From assembly GCA_024346625.1 (NCBI GenBank), contig AP024666.1, forward strand, positions 1,922,001-1,986,000: a stretch of 64,000 bases of DNA, given 5' to 3'. Every line of letters begins with the position of its first letter. The first letter of the stretch is position 1. Of this stretch, positions 11,132 through 23,243 are shown one piece after another. Position numbers and translations under genes: made by a program. This DNA comes from Williopsis jadinii. Lineage: Eukaryota. The notes under the pieces are model-generated. The model saw nothing but the letters and a program-made list of their open reading frames with translations. It did not search any database and was not told where the DNA came from.

Positions 11132-13874
11132 ATATAAACGGATTACTTATCTCGTCAACAGGTTGATGATTCTACGTTTTGGTATTTTTTTTCTTTCTTT
11201 TCTTTTTTTTTAAGAATGTTTGGGGTTTTAGTTGGAAGGGCGCTGGCGTTTTATTCAAAAGATATCTATCGGTTTACCGTGTACGGTAAACGCGAGGTGT
11301 CATATCTTGACTTACATAGGCTATAGAGATTATAGTTCTTAATGAATGATCAAAATGACTCTTATGAAGTTCCGTAGCCCCTTATCGTATTTTATTTCTG
11401 CCTCGTGGCAATCTCTCCTCATAACTTCGATGCTGATTCTTGACTAACATTAGGAGTACTGCGAAAGTTCTTTGCTTCATAAATTCCGGTCTCGGATACT
11501 TGGAATTTACAACTCGAAGTTATGAGCCGTAACCTTCAATATCTGACAAGCTCAGGATAGATTAGTGCAGGTGATTTTTTTAAACTTCTGAGGCAGCTTG
11601 CTGTAATTTTCGTAGCGGAAAGCATTAACTCCAGTGGTGCAGCATCTCCTTAGACTTAGTGCCTTAAGGCATTTGTTTAGAAAGTCTAATTTAGAAACTG
11701 CCTTCAGCTTACATGTACATCTCATAGCAAACAACAAGTTAGAAAATCGCCCTTCACCACCCCTAACCTCCATACCACATAAGTTGACCAACGGTTGTAT
11801 TTGAAACATTACCCGAAACTTTTGGGAGAGGTTGAACGGAAGTATGAACATAAATAATATGGACTACAAAATAGCTTAACTCACCTTCGCCAACTCTTAA
11901 AAAATCAGATCATTTGACTATTCGTTAGTACCGCCGTCATCGTTACTACATAACTGATACATATTTGACCTTTGCGGCTTCGGAGCTATCATGTGTACCT
12001 TCTGTATCATCATGTATGTAGTTTATACATCTGATATGGAATTGAATAATTAGTGCTATACTCGCACTACACTCGCACTACATTGTCCAGTAGACCGTAA
12101 ACTTTTATGTAATACAGTCACATTATTTTGGCTTTGAACGCATGTGTTAAAGTGCACCAACATAATAATTATATATGCATCTAGGACTTCACAAGCTTGT
12201 GCGTGATCTTCAATAATCATCCAATCTAATGTTAATCTTGCAGTGATAAATTGAAAGTGGAAACTCGTAATCATATGTATGTATTCCTCGTAAGATAAAA
12301 TTAAGTGATGCTCAAACTCATGATGAGTAAATCCATAAATGAGTATCTTGAGTTGAGGGTAAAGTTGTTAGAGTTTAACGTCCCATAATAGCCGTTATGG
12401 CTTACAAGTTGGATTACGCTTTCCTATAGTACTCGGTTTTTGGATCTTGATACATGTACAATTTACAACCTAAATCATCCTGTTTCATGGTGACTCAGCC
12501 ATCCATTGATGGAGTCCAAACTCCTCAAGGCCCCCATTCGTCAAGGAATCACACTGGAATAATTCTGCGGCTGCCGTCGCGTCAATGGAAATTACTCAGC
12601 AATGCCGGAAAAATAAAATTGGAAAAAAAATAACTAAGCCTTTAAATTCTGCACAATACAGATATGAATGTTAAGGTTTGAACAAGCGCGTCTCTTTGCG
12701 TCTAAGGAGGATTGATCAGGTATTGTTGTTTCTTCGTTGCATGTATTAAGTTGTATAAACTCGTCATCTAATTCGCAAACCATCATGTATACACACGGAA
12801 ACACACTTCCAAGCTCCAAGCAGAAGCAGGACGACAAAACCTGAGTTAATACTGCTTCGATCATACATATCACGGCTTAATGGAAGTGGCACATAAGTAT
12901 ATCGAATTCTCCTTTGTATTTCGAATTATAACTTAGGCATCTTGATGCTCATATTGGTAACTCTAGTTTACTTAGTGCTTACCTTACCGGAGGTTATAGC
13001 CAGAACTCTGAATAAATGGCTCTGCGATTCTGCATGACAACTGGCAGGGCGCTTTATAGCGCTGAGAATCAAAAAAATCAACTGAAGAGTGTTTCTTAAA
13101 CCACTTTAACCTGCAATCACGTATAAGGTTTGTAATTAATTTGGGAAACGGTCATACCGCGATCTCGTTGTTTGGCTCAAGCTCCCCTTTTGTTTGTACA
13201 AGATCTATGATATGAGTCAGCAACTCAAAACACTCTGCTGATCAATAGGCACTGACCACTTCACAGATGAAGTTGTAAACAGGACCAAACATCAGCTGTT
13301 GGAAGTAAACTATACCGTGGAATAATACTTATGAAGCTATTGGAATCTAACTTCGGTGTGGTTGTTATAAACCCAACTTATGTGAAATGTGTTAAGCTGG
13401 TTCTATGTGTGATAGTTGAAGAACACATAATTCGACGTGTTACATGTAAATACTATCAAAACATTACCCATCCTGCTTAGAACCCCCAGTTTGAAATAAG
13501 GTGGATATCGATCTCTTTAACTTCTTTCTCTTCGTTCGATACATGGGACTGAAACATGAAGTCACATGTCGGCTATGTATGGTTGTATGTCATCGTAAAA
13601 TATTTCCTGTATTTCCTTCCGAATTTGTTACATTCAAGCCGAGGGATACATGATACATCAATACAGCCATGGGTGAAACCACAGAAACGAGAACTGAAAT
13701 TCCGCGTGATTTCTCTACGTTGTCCCAACCGTTTCTGCTCGAGAATCTGAAGCTTTAATAGATGAAGTCCCATGGTATATGGTTTGTCTAACAGATTACA
13801 TTATATAGCTATGCATATGTAGTTACACATTACACAAATCGTTCATAGTTACTGGCGGGCAATAGCGGCCTGTA

Positions 13875-13904
13875 GGCAATGGTGGGCAATGGTGGGCAAT
13901 GTGG
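13875..13904. repeat. Short tandem repeat (GGCAATGGTG)x~3
   Basis: Directly visible in the sequence. Confidence 0.8.
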
Positions 13905-16479
13905 AAAGCGTACATGTAAACGGCATTGTGCGCCTTCTGAAATTTGCAGTTGATAGCATACATAAAATCTAGATTGCCTAAGATATATGCCTTCATCACT
14001 TCTGTACATGACCAGGTGGTCCATGTCTCATATGAATTTCGTAACAATCGGAAAAAATGATTTTACCGTGGTTGATTTACTATTGTCATGGGAATATTTG
14101 GTTCAGCCATATTCCCAGGCAGCCTAAGGCACGCGCCTTATGCACAATGCAACATCTAAAGACCTAATGAATCGCTTTGAAACGAAGGGGCCACCCTAAT
14201 AGACCTGTACAGCACACATTAAAACCGCAGTTCAACTATTAATTTGGAGGACCTAAGTTTGAGGAACCGGGATTACGTCAACAACCTGGCGTATCGAGTG
14301 GTGTGCATAATTCTTTACTGTCTCAGAATTGAGTTATGTGCCAGGAAGACTCGCTTATCGAATTTCTTTCACGTCATGTAAGTATCGTATCATTTTTTAA
14401 AGACTTGTCTCTTACCGTCATGTCGAGCCAATGACGAATCTGTTCAATCTACAGGATCTTCACATGTCTCATAAAGGCTAATTATCCAACCGAAAGGCAG
14501 TCATCAATAATTATTAACTACCGTACGGGTATCGATATAACCCATGGTTAATGGATGGTTGGGTGTTGCTTCGCACAGTTTTGGGAAGCTCATGGGATAT
14601 ATGCGGCTGACAGTGTGGATACGTGTAGCTAAAAACACCCAAAGGCATCTTCTTGCACGTTTTGCTAAAGTCTGACTTATAGTTGTTGCATTGAGGAACA
14701 TCGACTTGAAATTTAACTACTCACAGACTATAGCAGTCACCAGCCGTGAGTCATTTCGACCTGAACCTCTGTCAGATTTTTCAACATCCCAGTTAGAGCT
14801 ATAATAGAGCTCGTAAGTGTGGTGGTGTAACATATCATCGGCAAAAGCAGTGTCCACTCAAATCAAAACATGGGTCATTGAATAGCGCAAATAGAGTTTT
14901 ACTCATCCTCTGCCTATGGAAAGTTAGGACTGCTGCCCTATTCATCCCATCTCTGGGCTGGGGCCACTAATCAGTGAGTGTGTAGCGTAAACGCCCATAT
15001 AGATCCCAGATATGAAACAGAGCAAATACGCCAAGTCTTTTATTATGTAATATAGGTTTGTAACTCATCAATATGAGAAATTTCAGCTCGTAGTTGAAGG
15101 CTTTGTCAGCCGTGCAGGTTACTCCACAATCGGCTACTACAACTACTCCCAACGTTCAAGTGCTAGCACAAATTATTATTGCAAGGTAGAACATGTTCTT
15201 CAATGCTTTTCAGGCTGAGCTTTATTGAGTAAATCTCGCAGTGCTATAAAGTTCTATAACTTGTGTTCCTACCACGGGACTAATAACTTCAAGTTGTTCC
15301 AGCCATGATTGATCACATACTGCAAGTCACGCTGAGCATACCTAATGATAGCCTGGGTACTATATGGAGCAGAACAGAGGGTGAACAGATCTAGGGGGCT
15401 ATTAAAGGAGCCGTAATTCAAACTATGAATAGCAACCGAGGCGCTAAACGGTTTGTGAGCCATGAGAGTCTCGAGACCACCTTTGCCCGAATCATTTGGT
15501 CGCCTTCTTATGATTTAAACGAGGCTGACCACATCCCCTCGTAAATACGACTATGTTTCGTTAATGCTCATGAATAAATATGTTATGTATTTATGCACAC
15601 GGCAGTAGATCCTTGCCAAATCTACGGGAGAAATGCCTTGCGTAGGAGAGAGTTTGCTACATAGCGGGCCAAGAGAGCCGGTCAAACTCTCCATCTAACC
15701 ATCTAAGTTTTATACCTTAGATAGTAGCATAACATGAGGCAGTAAACTGGGTACATGCGTAATTATACATACATACATAATTCTACATACTCATCATCAT
15801 GTTTTGAATCCCGTCTATATAGAGATATAAGAGAACAAACGCATTAAGTGCGGATTTCTCATGTTTTAAACCTTCCACTTCGATGACGACTTCATTTTGC
15901 ATAGCCCACATTGTCCAAACAATCCCAAATTCAAAGGTACTAAAGTCATATATACGTATAACTGAACTTTACTATGCATCTGTATGTACTAGTAATACAT
16001 AGCTACTCATAGGTAGACATATTAGCCCTCAAATTGGGGTTCCTGACATCCTAAATGTGTGTATACACCTTTATGAAACAAGAGACTCTTCCTGAAGAGA
16101 TGATCAGCTCATTAAGTTCACAGCTAGATGGAAAAAGTTTCGGCAACAGTTAAAGGAAGGTGCCGTGAGTGTCCTCCATTCACACAGAAGGACTTGAATT
16201 GCTACAGATAGTTATGCCATTAGAGATAGCAGATCATTGGGGTGTTTGGTTCAAATATTCGATAATGTATTGTGGAGGCTGCCGAAACCAAGTGATGACA
16301 TGACGGCATCCTTTTAGATAGTACACTTCTTGAATTTCTCACGCATTTTAGAATTGGATTATCAGTTGATCGTAACTTGAGTGCATACACAGTACTAACG
16401 TTCCAACTGGTCCACATCTCTTGTGACTCTCTTACCTGTTCTTCCTTTTTCATTTCGTTTCAGTTCGTCTCAGTTCGTT

Positions 16480-17640
16480 TCATTTTAGCTTCTCATAATG
16501 GATGATATCATCATCAACAAGGGCCTTCAACATTGTTCTACTTGGTTTACCCCATAGTTTTGGATCTTTACACCGATCAATGTGGTTCAATACTTTTTCA
16601 GGACTTGAGATAGATCTCCTGGAACCTGAAAAATGGCTTGCATCTGACGCAAGCTCTTCGAAGTACTTCTTTCTCATACTCACAGAGTGTAGCTGATCTT
16701 TCATATTGAGAGATTCTGTTCTTCTTGAAGGATGGGATGCTGAACCATCATTCCCTCTCTGTGGAGTCATCGGTATTCCATGATCAACTGTGTCCACTGC
16801 ATGAATTGATTGTATATCACCACTGTTCAAGTCGTGGTCAGGAGTTGATTCTGTGCTGAAGTCGCCACTAGTGACGCGACTCATTACAGGCGTCTGTGGT
16901 GGGCTATTATCAGAGGTTGAGTCCACAGAGCAATGGCGCGACGATGACGAGCCAGCTGATGACGCCGGTGAGGATGCTGAACTCGATACTAACTTCTTTG
17001 AAGTCTCCTTCGGCGTGAAACTCGAGAACGTTGCAACGTTCAACACCTTTTGATAAATTTGCATATACTCCGCATCCATGTCGTTTTCGACAAACATCTT
17101 AACATCACTCTTCACAATCTTCTTTTGGAATCTCCAGCTCCTCAGCAACAGTTTGAGCATCTCTGACAGCGCCTCATTCTGTAATTTCAACTTGATATCG
17201 TCCACAGCACCCGTGTCCGGGTTCCTCACTATTCTCTTCTGCTTCAGCTCCTCGATGCTTGGTCTCTTCCTCAAGCTCTTGCTTAAGGAGTCCCTCCGGA
17301 GGTTCTTCTCCAGCGTGGAGGCTGTCGACAGCAGCTCGGCACTCACTGTGATGTCCTTGTTCGGTATTATATGCTGCTCGTACAGCACAGTAGTATCTGG
17401 CCGCAGGCCAAGTCTGCAGTTGAGCCTGTTTCTTGTGTAGTAGAACCGACACCGGCTTATAAACCTCTCGTTGGCAACCTCCTTCAAGTAATGGCACGTC
17501 TTGCTCAGACTGATGAGGTCCGGCACATCCAGGAATATCAACACTTTGATCAACACCTCTAGTGGCAGCTCCAGCAGCCTGAACGGCTCATAATGGTTGA
17601 TGGACATGTCCCCTGGGAAGTTCGTCGTAAGGTAGTCCAT
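16480..17640 (-). CDS. F-box protein with two RPEL-like repeats
   Basis: F-box LLELPLEVLIKVLIFLDVPDLISLSKTCHYLKEVA; RPEL-like LNCRLGLRPDTTVLYEQHII and LSKSLRKRPSIEELKQKRIV. Confidence 0.8.
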   Translation of the reverse strand: MDYLTTNFPGDMSINHYEPFRLLELPLEVLIKVLIFLDVPDLISLSKTCHYLKEVANERFISRCRFYYTRNRLNCRLGLRPDTTVLYEQHIIPNKDITVSAELLSTASTLEKNLRRDSLSKSLRKRPSIEELKQKRIVRNPDTGAVDDIKLKLQNEALSEMLKLLLRSWRFQKKIVKSDVKMFVENDMDAEYMQIYQKVLNVATFSSFTPKETSKKLVSSSASSPASSAGSSSSRHCSVDSTSDNSPPQTPVMSRVTSGDFSTESTPDHDLNSGDIQSIHAVDTVDHGIPMTPQRGNDGSASHPSRRTESLNMKDQLHSVSMRKKYFEELASDASHFSGSRRSISSPEKVLNHIDRCKDPKLWGKPSRTMLKALVDDDIIHYEKLK

Positions 17641-17942
17641 CTCTCCCTCTCTTTCGCTCTGTGTCTGTCTCTTTTGTTATTCAACCTCGCGGGAGTGCTA
17701 CGTGATCCAACGCTACTCTCGGCTCTCGATTTCGTTGTCTCTTACCGGTTCCCCTTCTTCTCGTTGTGTTCATAGAACTCAGAGTGACACATCAAAGTGT
17801 TGTTGGGGCTATTTTTTCAGGCTTCCGGATTTTGCCCACTTGTTGTCGTGGTTTCACCACTATGTTTTCTTTTTACCCTTTTCGGCCTGCAGGACACGAC
17901 CCCTCGCCGCTTGCGGATTATTTCCTCATTGGGAAGTTATTC

Positions 17943-17978
17943 TTGGTGTCCAGGTGTTTAAAGTGGTGTCCGGGTTTA
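17943..17978 (-). repeat. Short degenerate ACACCYRR (Rap1/telomere-like) array in the F-box/PPR divergent promoter
   Basis: Minus strand reads AAACCCGG ACACCACT TTAA ACACCTGG ACACCAAG. Confidence 0.45.
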
Positions 17979-18069
17979 CTCGTTAATCCCCCCATCGAAA
18001 CCCACAAAGATCAACAGGAGCCACTCATCAACAAGAACATACCATAAACCACTTGAGCGAAAAGGCCTG

Positions 18070-20499
18070 ATGTCGTTACGCTCTGTCAGACCATCGCTGG
18101 TGAATGTGCTCTCGAGGAGCTACACGGTGGAGCAGCAACGGTGCTATGCACTGCTGTGGAACCCGTTCAAGAAGTCTGCTGTTATTGATAAGTCTGGTAC
18201 TGGTGTTGGTGACGGGCAGAATGGTGTGGTGTCTCCTGAGCTGGTGGAATTGAGACAACGAGTGAGGTGCTCGAATGATTCTGTGGCTCTCGGTGAGGTG
18301 CTAAGGGCCCTGCGTCCTCTTGTTGACGGAAGTGGTGAGACTTTCATCACGATGAGTGACGTTATAAAGAAGCTGGACAAGGTGTCTGCCCAGCGAGACA
18401 CTGCTGATGGCGAGGTTGTTGGTGATGACAAAGCGGTGATGATTCCTGGGCTGAGTGTGGAAGAATGCTATGATCTGTACTGCTCTGTGATTGACTGTAT
18501 CTCGAGGGACAATTACAAGAGCGCGAGGTTTATTCCTCGCTTGTACTTACAGCTCGCCAGTCGTTATGAGAAGATGGGCGATGAGTTAATGTTGAGCAGT
18601 GTCTTCGGCAAGTTTGTGCAATATCTGTTGAAGCTGGGGTTTGAAGACCAAGTCCTGAAAGTTGTGAAGAGCTTTAGTGGCAAAGATGCTATTTCGCAAT
18701 CAAAACTTGTGGAGTCGTTGGTTGACGTTTTGGCCAGCTCAGATGACATCATCCATCCAACAATCATCTCATCTCTGATTACAATCTTACCTGATTCCAA
18801 GCTCGTTGAAATTGGTGTTTCCAAGACTGCTGATTTTCTCAGGTCTAAGGAGAAATCCCTCTTCCCTATAGAAAAGAAAGACATGGAGGGAATACAACAT
18901 ATTGTTGATTGGGTTTCGATCTCATCTGAGATGAATGATAATATGGTGCTGAATACTTTACAGATTTGTTCCATGATGGACAGTTCAGTCTCAACTGAGG
19001 AAGAATCCTTGCTCAAATTGTTGCAAGCGTACAAGACAACCTCAGAGGAAGTGGCGTTGGCAATCACGTCGAGAGCTATGACACATAGGCTCTTGCCTAT
19101 AGATGCACAGCTTTGGATAAAACAGATGGAACCATTTGCTAGATTGAAGCTTGTTTGGGATATCTATCTAAATGGTTTCGATCAGTATAAGATACCACAA
19201 GAACTTATCGATCAATCGACATTGAACTTGGCTGTATTAGCCACTATAAACTCCAAAAGAGAAGAATTGCCAAAAGTGCTGGAGTTTTTCTCTTCAAATG
19301 ACGTTGACTTCACACAGGCCACGTTTGAAATACTCATGAATAAGTATATCTCCACCAAAGACTATGAATCTTTACAGCACTCCTTCACAAATTCGTTCAA
19401 AAATGGTGTTGATTGGACAGGGAACCCAATCCTCTACAGATATCTCATAACCATGGCATCTCAACCAGAAGCTGATGTGAAGGAGATCTTCTTGATTGCA
19501 AAGAAGATAAAGATCTATTTGGGATACTTGAATTCTGAAAGTTACAATGCATTGATGAAATTGATCTTACAGAACGAGTTCATACAGGATGCCGTTGTTT
19601 CGTTCAAGGAAGAACTACCACCTCTGGATGAAGGTGCTAAATATACCCAAGCACAATACCCATCCTTATACGATACCATTTTACAGTGGTGTGTCAGCGA
19701 GGCAACGTATCCGGAGGATATCCACAAGCTGTACACAGAATTTGCAAAGAAGTTTGTCATTCCCTTGGACTTTTATCAACCTTTAATCATGAGGCTTACG
19801 GCACTACATAGACCAGATTTCGCATTTGAAATATTTCAAGATATGAAGAGGATGCACAGAACTACTGGGTCAATACCACCACCTCCTCCAGAGGTTTATA
19901 TACACTTGTTCAAATCCTTTGGTCGTGATCTCTATACCGATGGAGTTGAAACGTTAGATGCCATTTACAAAACAGACCTTACTATTAACACGTCTGTTCC
20001 ACTCTTGAACTCGATCCTGGATGCATACGCAAGCTTACAAGACTTTACCAAAGTCTCGCAGACTTACAACAAGATCCTAAGACATCCCCAAGGTCCTGAT
20101 AACGAAACTGTTAGCATCATGCTAAAGGCACAGACTTTCCTCTCTTTGGATAACGTAAGAGAATTCTGGAATAACCTGGATGATATTGGAGTATTACCAA
20201 ATGAGGATAACTACAAACGCTACATCATTGCTCACTGCTACCATGGAGAGGACAAATTGGCCATTGACGTTGCAAATTCGATGGAAGATATGGATGTCGA
20301 TGTGGATGAAAACATCGTAAAGACTCTTTATGAGTGGAGTGAAGACAAGGATAATGTTGAAGAATGGGCAAAAGAGGAACATGAAGGAATATGGAACGCA
20401 GTTGGCGATGAATGTAAGAGTCTTGTTGTTGTCGATAAAGCAGATGAGGCTCCTGAGCCTGGAATGACCGTTGAGGAACTTCGACTTGTAAGGTCATGA
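18070..20499 (+). CDS. Mitochondrial PPR-repeat protein, complex I intermediate-associated protein 84 (CIA84)-like
   Basis: Arg/Ser-rich presequence-like N-terminus; PPR-like helical repeats in the C-terminal half (SYNALMKLIL, LLNSILDAYA, PDNETVSIMLKA, PNEDNYKRYIIAHC). Confidence 0.65.
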   Translation: MSLRSVRPSLVNVLSRSYTVEQQRCYALLWNPFKKSAVIDKSGTGVGDGQNGVVSPELVELRQRVRCSNDSVALGEVLRALRPLVDGSGETFITMSDVIKKLDKVSAQRDTADGEVVGDDKAVMIPGLSVEECYDLYCSVIDCISRDNYKSARFIPRLYLQLASRYEKMGDELMLSSVFGKFVQYLLKLGFEDQVLKVVKSFSGKDAISQSKLVESLVDVLASSDDIIHPTIISSLITILPDSKLVEIGVSKTADFLRSKEKSLFPIEKKDMEGIQHIVDWVSISSEMNDNMVLNTLQICSMMDSSVSTEEESLLKLLQAYKTTSEEVALAITSRAMTHRLLPIDAQLWIKQMEPFARLKLVWDIYLNGFDQYKIPQELIDQSTLNLAVLATINSKREELPKVLEFFSSNDVDFTQATFEILMNKYISTKDYESLQHSFTNSFKNGVDWTGNPILYRYLITMASQPEADVKEIFLIAKKIKIYLGYLNSESYNALMKLILQNEFIQDAVVSFKEELPPLDEGAKYTQAQYPSLYDTILQWCVSEATYPEDIHKLYTEFAKKFVIPLDFYQPLIMRLTALHRPDFAFEIFQDMKRMHRTTGSIPPPPPEVYIHLFKSFGRDLYTDGVETLDAIYKTDLTINTSVPLLNSILDAYASLQDFTKVSQTYNKILRHPQGPDNETVSIMLKAQTFLSLDNVREFWNNLDDIGVLPNEDNYKRYIIAHCYHGEDKLAIDVANSMEDMDVDVDENIVKTLYEWSEDKDNVEEWAKEEHEGIWNAVGDECKSLVVVDKADEAPEPGMTVEELRLVRS

Positions 20500-20603
20500 T
20501 TACTACAAACAAATGAACTTGAAAACAAAAACAGAAAAAACATCTTGTGCATAACTTATTTATATCTTGTTAATTATTATTATTTATATACTTCTTGAGA
20601 TGG

Positions 20604-22316
20604 TCAAATGCTCTCTTTCTCAGCAGAATAGAAGGCAGCATCTATCTTATCTGTATCCTCGCCTGTCCCTTCAATGGTTGGGGTGCCTTCAACGGTGCTT
20701 CTTGGTCCCTTGAAGGTCTTGTGGGCGTAGGCGTAATAGTAAGCCATTGAAAGAATCCATGTACCACCTGTTATGACAATCGTATAGTTCATCGTCTCTT
20801 TATCCACAGTTGGCTCCGATGGGAACATTGCCATTATAATGACGAATACTGTGAAGAAAATGGAGAGGATGTTGACAATTGGCGAAAGGATATCACCTAA
20901 GTAGAAAGGGCCTGGTTTGAAACGTACTGATTCATCCTTTGACCATTGACGATACATTCTGAGGATAATTGGGGATTGCCATGCGAAGTAATTACCACAC
21001 ACTGTTAAAGTGAACACAGCATTAGCTGCGGTGTCGTTAATCAAGCATAAGAGGCCAATGATCAGCGCCAAAGTACCAGAGAAGATAATTGCTCTGATTG
21101 GAACTTTCAACTTTGAATTAACCACTTTGATTATAGAAGAGAATGGGAGTCCGTTATCACGAGCAAAAGCCCAAGCTTGACGAGATGTTGCTGTGATAAT
21201 GGATGCGCCCATAAGCCATTGGCAGTAGCAAATCATAACCATGAAAGCGATGGCCCAATGCTTACCCAAAGAATCGTAGATCAACTGTGCCATTGGTTGA
21301 CCAGAATCTGTATCAATGACACTTGCCAAATCCGGGTTGATGCAGAAGGAGCAAACCATGATGATTAACCAACCAAGAATACCAGTGGCAGCGATGGATC
21401 CCATGATTCCGATTGGAACGTTCTTTGTTGCGTCGTACGCTTCCTCTGACATATGAACACAAGAGTCGAATGCCCCAATGGTCCACACAGCAGGCATCAA
21501 TCCGTTCATGACCCAGGACCAACCTGTATTCCAGTCACTCAAGTTTTCTATTGTTCCAAAGACAAACTTGGCATCGTTCTTCTTGTCAGTTCCAATCAGC
21601 ATTGTAAAGATGAACAGCACAACCAGGGCAACGTTACAAATCACGGAGAGAGACTGTAATTTGGCAATACCATATGATGCGATACATGCCGTTGCAATGT
21701 GTGAAACGATACATGCAGCATACACACCATAGACAATACCCCTGGTGATGTTGAAATCACCATCTTTGGCGATATACACGATGGATAACAGCTCCTTGGC
21801 GAACCCATAATCGATGGAGCAAAGCCCACTGGCCAAAGCAATGGTGTTGGTGTTTCCCACCAAGAAGGAAACTGGGATACGGATTGAGTCTGGTGCGTAG
21901 TGATAAGTCCAGTAGTACAACCCACCAGCAGTTGGGATTGCAGAGGCCAATTCACTCATACAAACACCAACGCAAAAGATTAAACAAGAGGCAATGGTCC
22001 ACCCCCATATACTTGCGTTGTTCACCGTGTAGATTTGGCCCATGACACTTGCAATGGAGGGGAGCACAGACATGATCGAGAAAGCAACACCAATCATGTT
22101 GAACGGACCAAACTGACGAACCAACTCGTGTTTGTAACCAGCCAAAGCGAGCAATTCATCATCATTGAGCTTCTTGTCCTGTGCAAGACGTGCATCTATT
22201 GGCACGTGAGAATGGACGTCACGAATAGCGGACCTCTGAGCATCCAAATCTGTATTTAAGCAGTTTGAAGCTATGGATCTCAAATCTGCTGATAAAACTG
22301 CACTGAGCTTTGTCAT
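20604..22316 (-). CDS. UGA4: GABA/polyamine permease (APC superfamily, Uga4-like)
   Basis: First ATG at 22316. GYKHELVRQF, ELASAIPTAGGLYYW, GAFDSCVHMSEE, AFARDNGLPFS motifs; about 12 hydrophobic segments. Confidence 0.85.
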   Translation of the reverse strand: MTKLSAVLSADLRSIASNCLNTDLDAQRSAIRDVHSHVPIDARLAQDKKLNDDELLALAGYKHELVRQFGPFNMIGVAFSIMSVLPSIASVMGQIYTVNNASIWGWTIASCLIFCVGVCMSELASAIPTAGGLYYWTYHYAPDSIRIPVSFLVGNTNTIALASGLCSIDYGFAKELLSIVYIAKDGDFNITRGIVYGVYAACIVSHIATACIASYGIAKLQSLSVICNVALVVLFIFTMLIGTDKKNDAKFVFGTIENLSDWNTGWSWVMNGLMPAVWTIGAFDSCVHMSEEAYDATKNVPIGIMGSIAATGILGWLIIMVCSFCINPDLASVIDTDSGQPMAQLIYDSLGKHWAIAFMVMICYCQWLMGASIITATSRQAWAFARDNGLPFSSIIKVVNSKLKVPIRAIIFSGTLALIIGLLCLINDTAANAVFTLTVCGNYFAWQSPIILRMYRQWSKDESVRFKPGPFYLGDILSPIVNILSIFFTVFVIIMAMFPSEPTVDKETMNYTIVITGGTWILSMAYYYAYAHKTFKGPRSTVEGTPTIEGTGEDTDKIDAAFYSAEKESI

Positions 22317-23243
22317 TGTATGATGCCAGCTAGATGTACGTTGTGGCTTATAGAGTCGACTGTACAACAGTATGCCACACTATACACACACGCCATAGCT
22401 ATGGAGGAGGTTGGGACTGAGCAGTCAATTTATACACATCCCAAAGACACACCCATATCTAATCGCACCGTATCTGGAGTCAGACGTTGATGTGGAGTGC
22501 CTCTATCTGTGCATCGCTCAGCACAGACGTGTAGATACACACTCGATAAGCTATACGCTCTAGCTGTACGCTTCAGCTGATGCCTACAACCGACGGAAAA
22601 CGCCAGCTCCTGCACAGCAAAACAGCACACACGCTCTCTTCACCGCAACGAATCCCAAGGCATCTTTCATATCAGCGCAGATCAGCCCAATATGGAAAAA
22701 CGCCGCCATAGAAAGAGCTCCCCGTGAAGCCGTTTATGCTGTTTGGATGATACGATGCGGATTACGTAATCATACCAAGACATACTTCAGAGCTGGGCCG
22801 CAGGTGACATGTTTCTTGGCTGCTTTTCCAACGGTTCCGGATGCTTTCCTGTGCTGTGATTGGTTGGTTTCTCCCGTGTCTCAAGCTACTGTATCCAGTT
22901 CTGTTGAGATACGAGTTGTTTGGCTTGTTTAACGTCAATTATGGCACAGAAGCTCTCATTTTAGCCTAAAAGAGACGGTTGCGAGGCTTTGAGGTGTTTT
23001 CTGCATCATGTGCTAGTTGCGCTGGTTTGGGGAGGCCTCTCGCGCACTTCTTTCCCTATTTGTCAATCTCCCGCTAGAGCCATCCGTACACACCCACAGA
23101 GCGTGTGTAGATGTTGCAGAGTAGGGTGAGATTAAGGGTTCCGGTGGTTTAAGCTTTGATCTTTGGAATGAGCAGAAGAGAAATCACGTCATTTGTAATT
23201 TGCCATGGTGTTGTGCAGAGGGTATTTTGCCGGTTTCCTTGTT

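Noticed and set aside
3400..16450. Point centromere or LTR retrotransposon in the gene-poor region
   Set aside because: No CDEI-CDEII-CDEIII arrangement, no extreme AT block, no LTR pair and no gag/pol remnants recognised by eye.
16220..16453. 77-aa ATG ORF just downstream of the F-box gene
   Set aside because: It starts within a short decamer repeat in the presumed 3' UTR, with no promoter space or recognisable motif.
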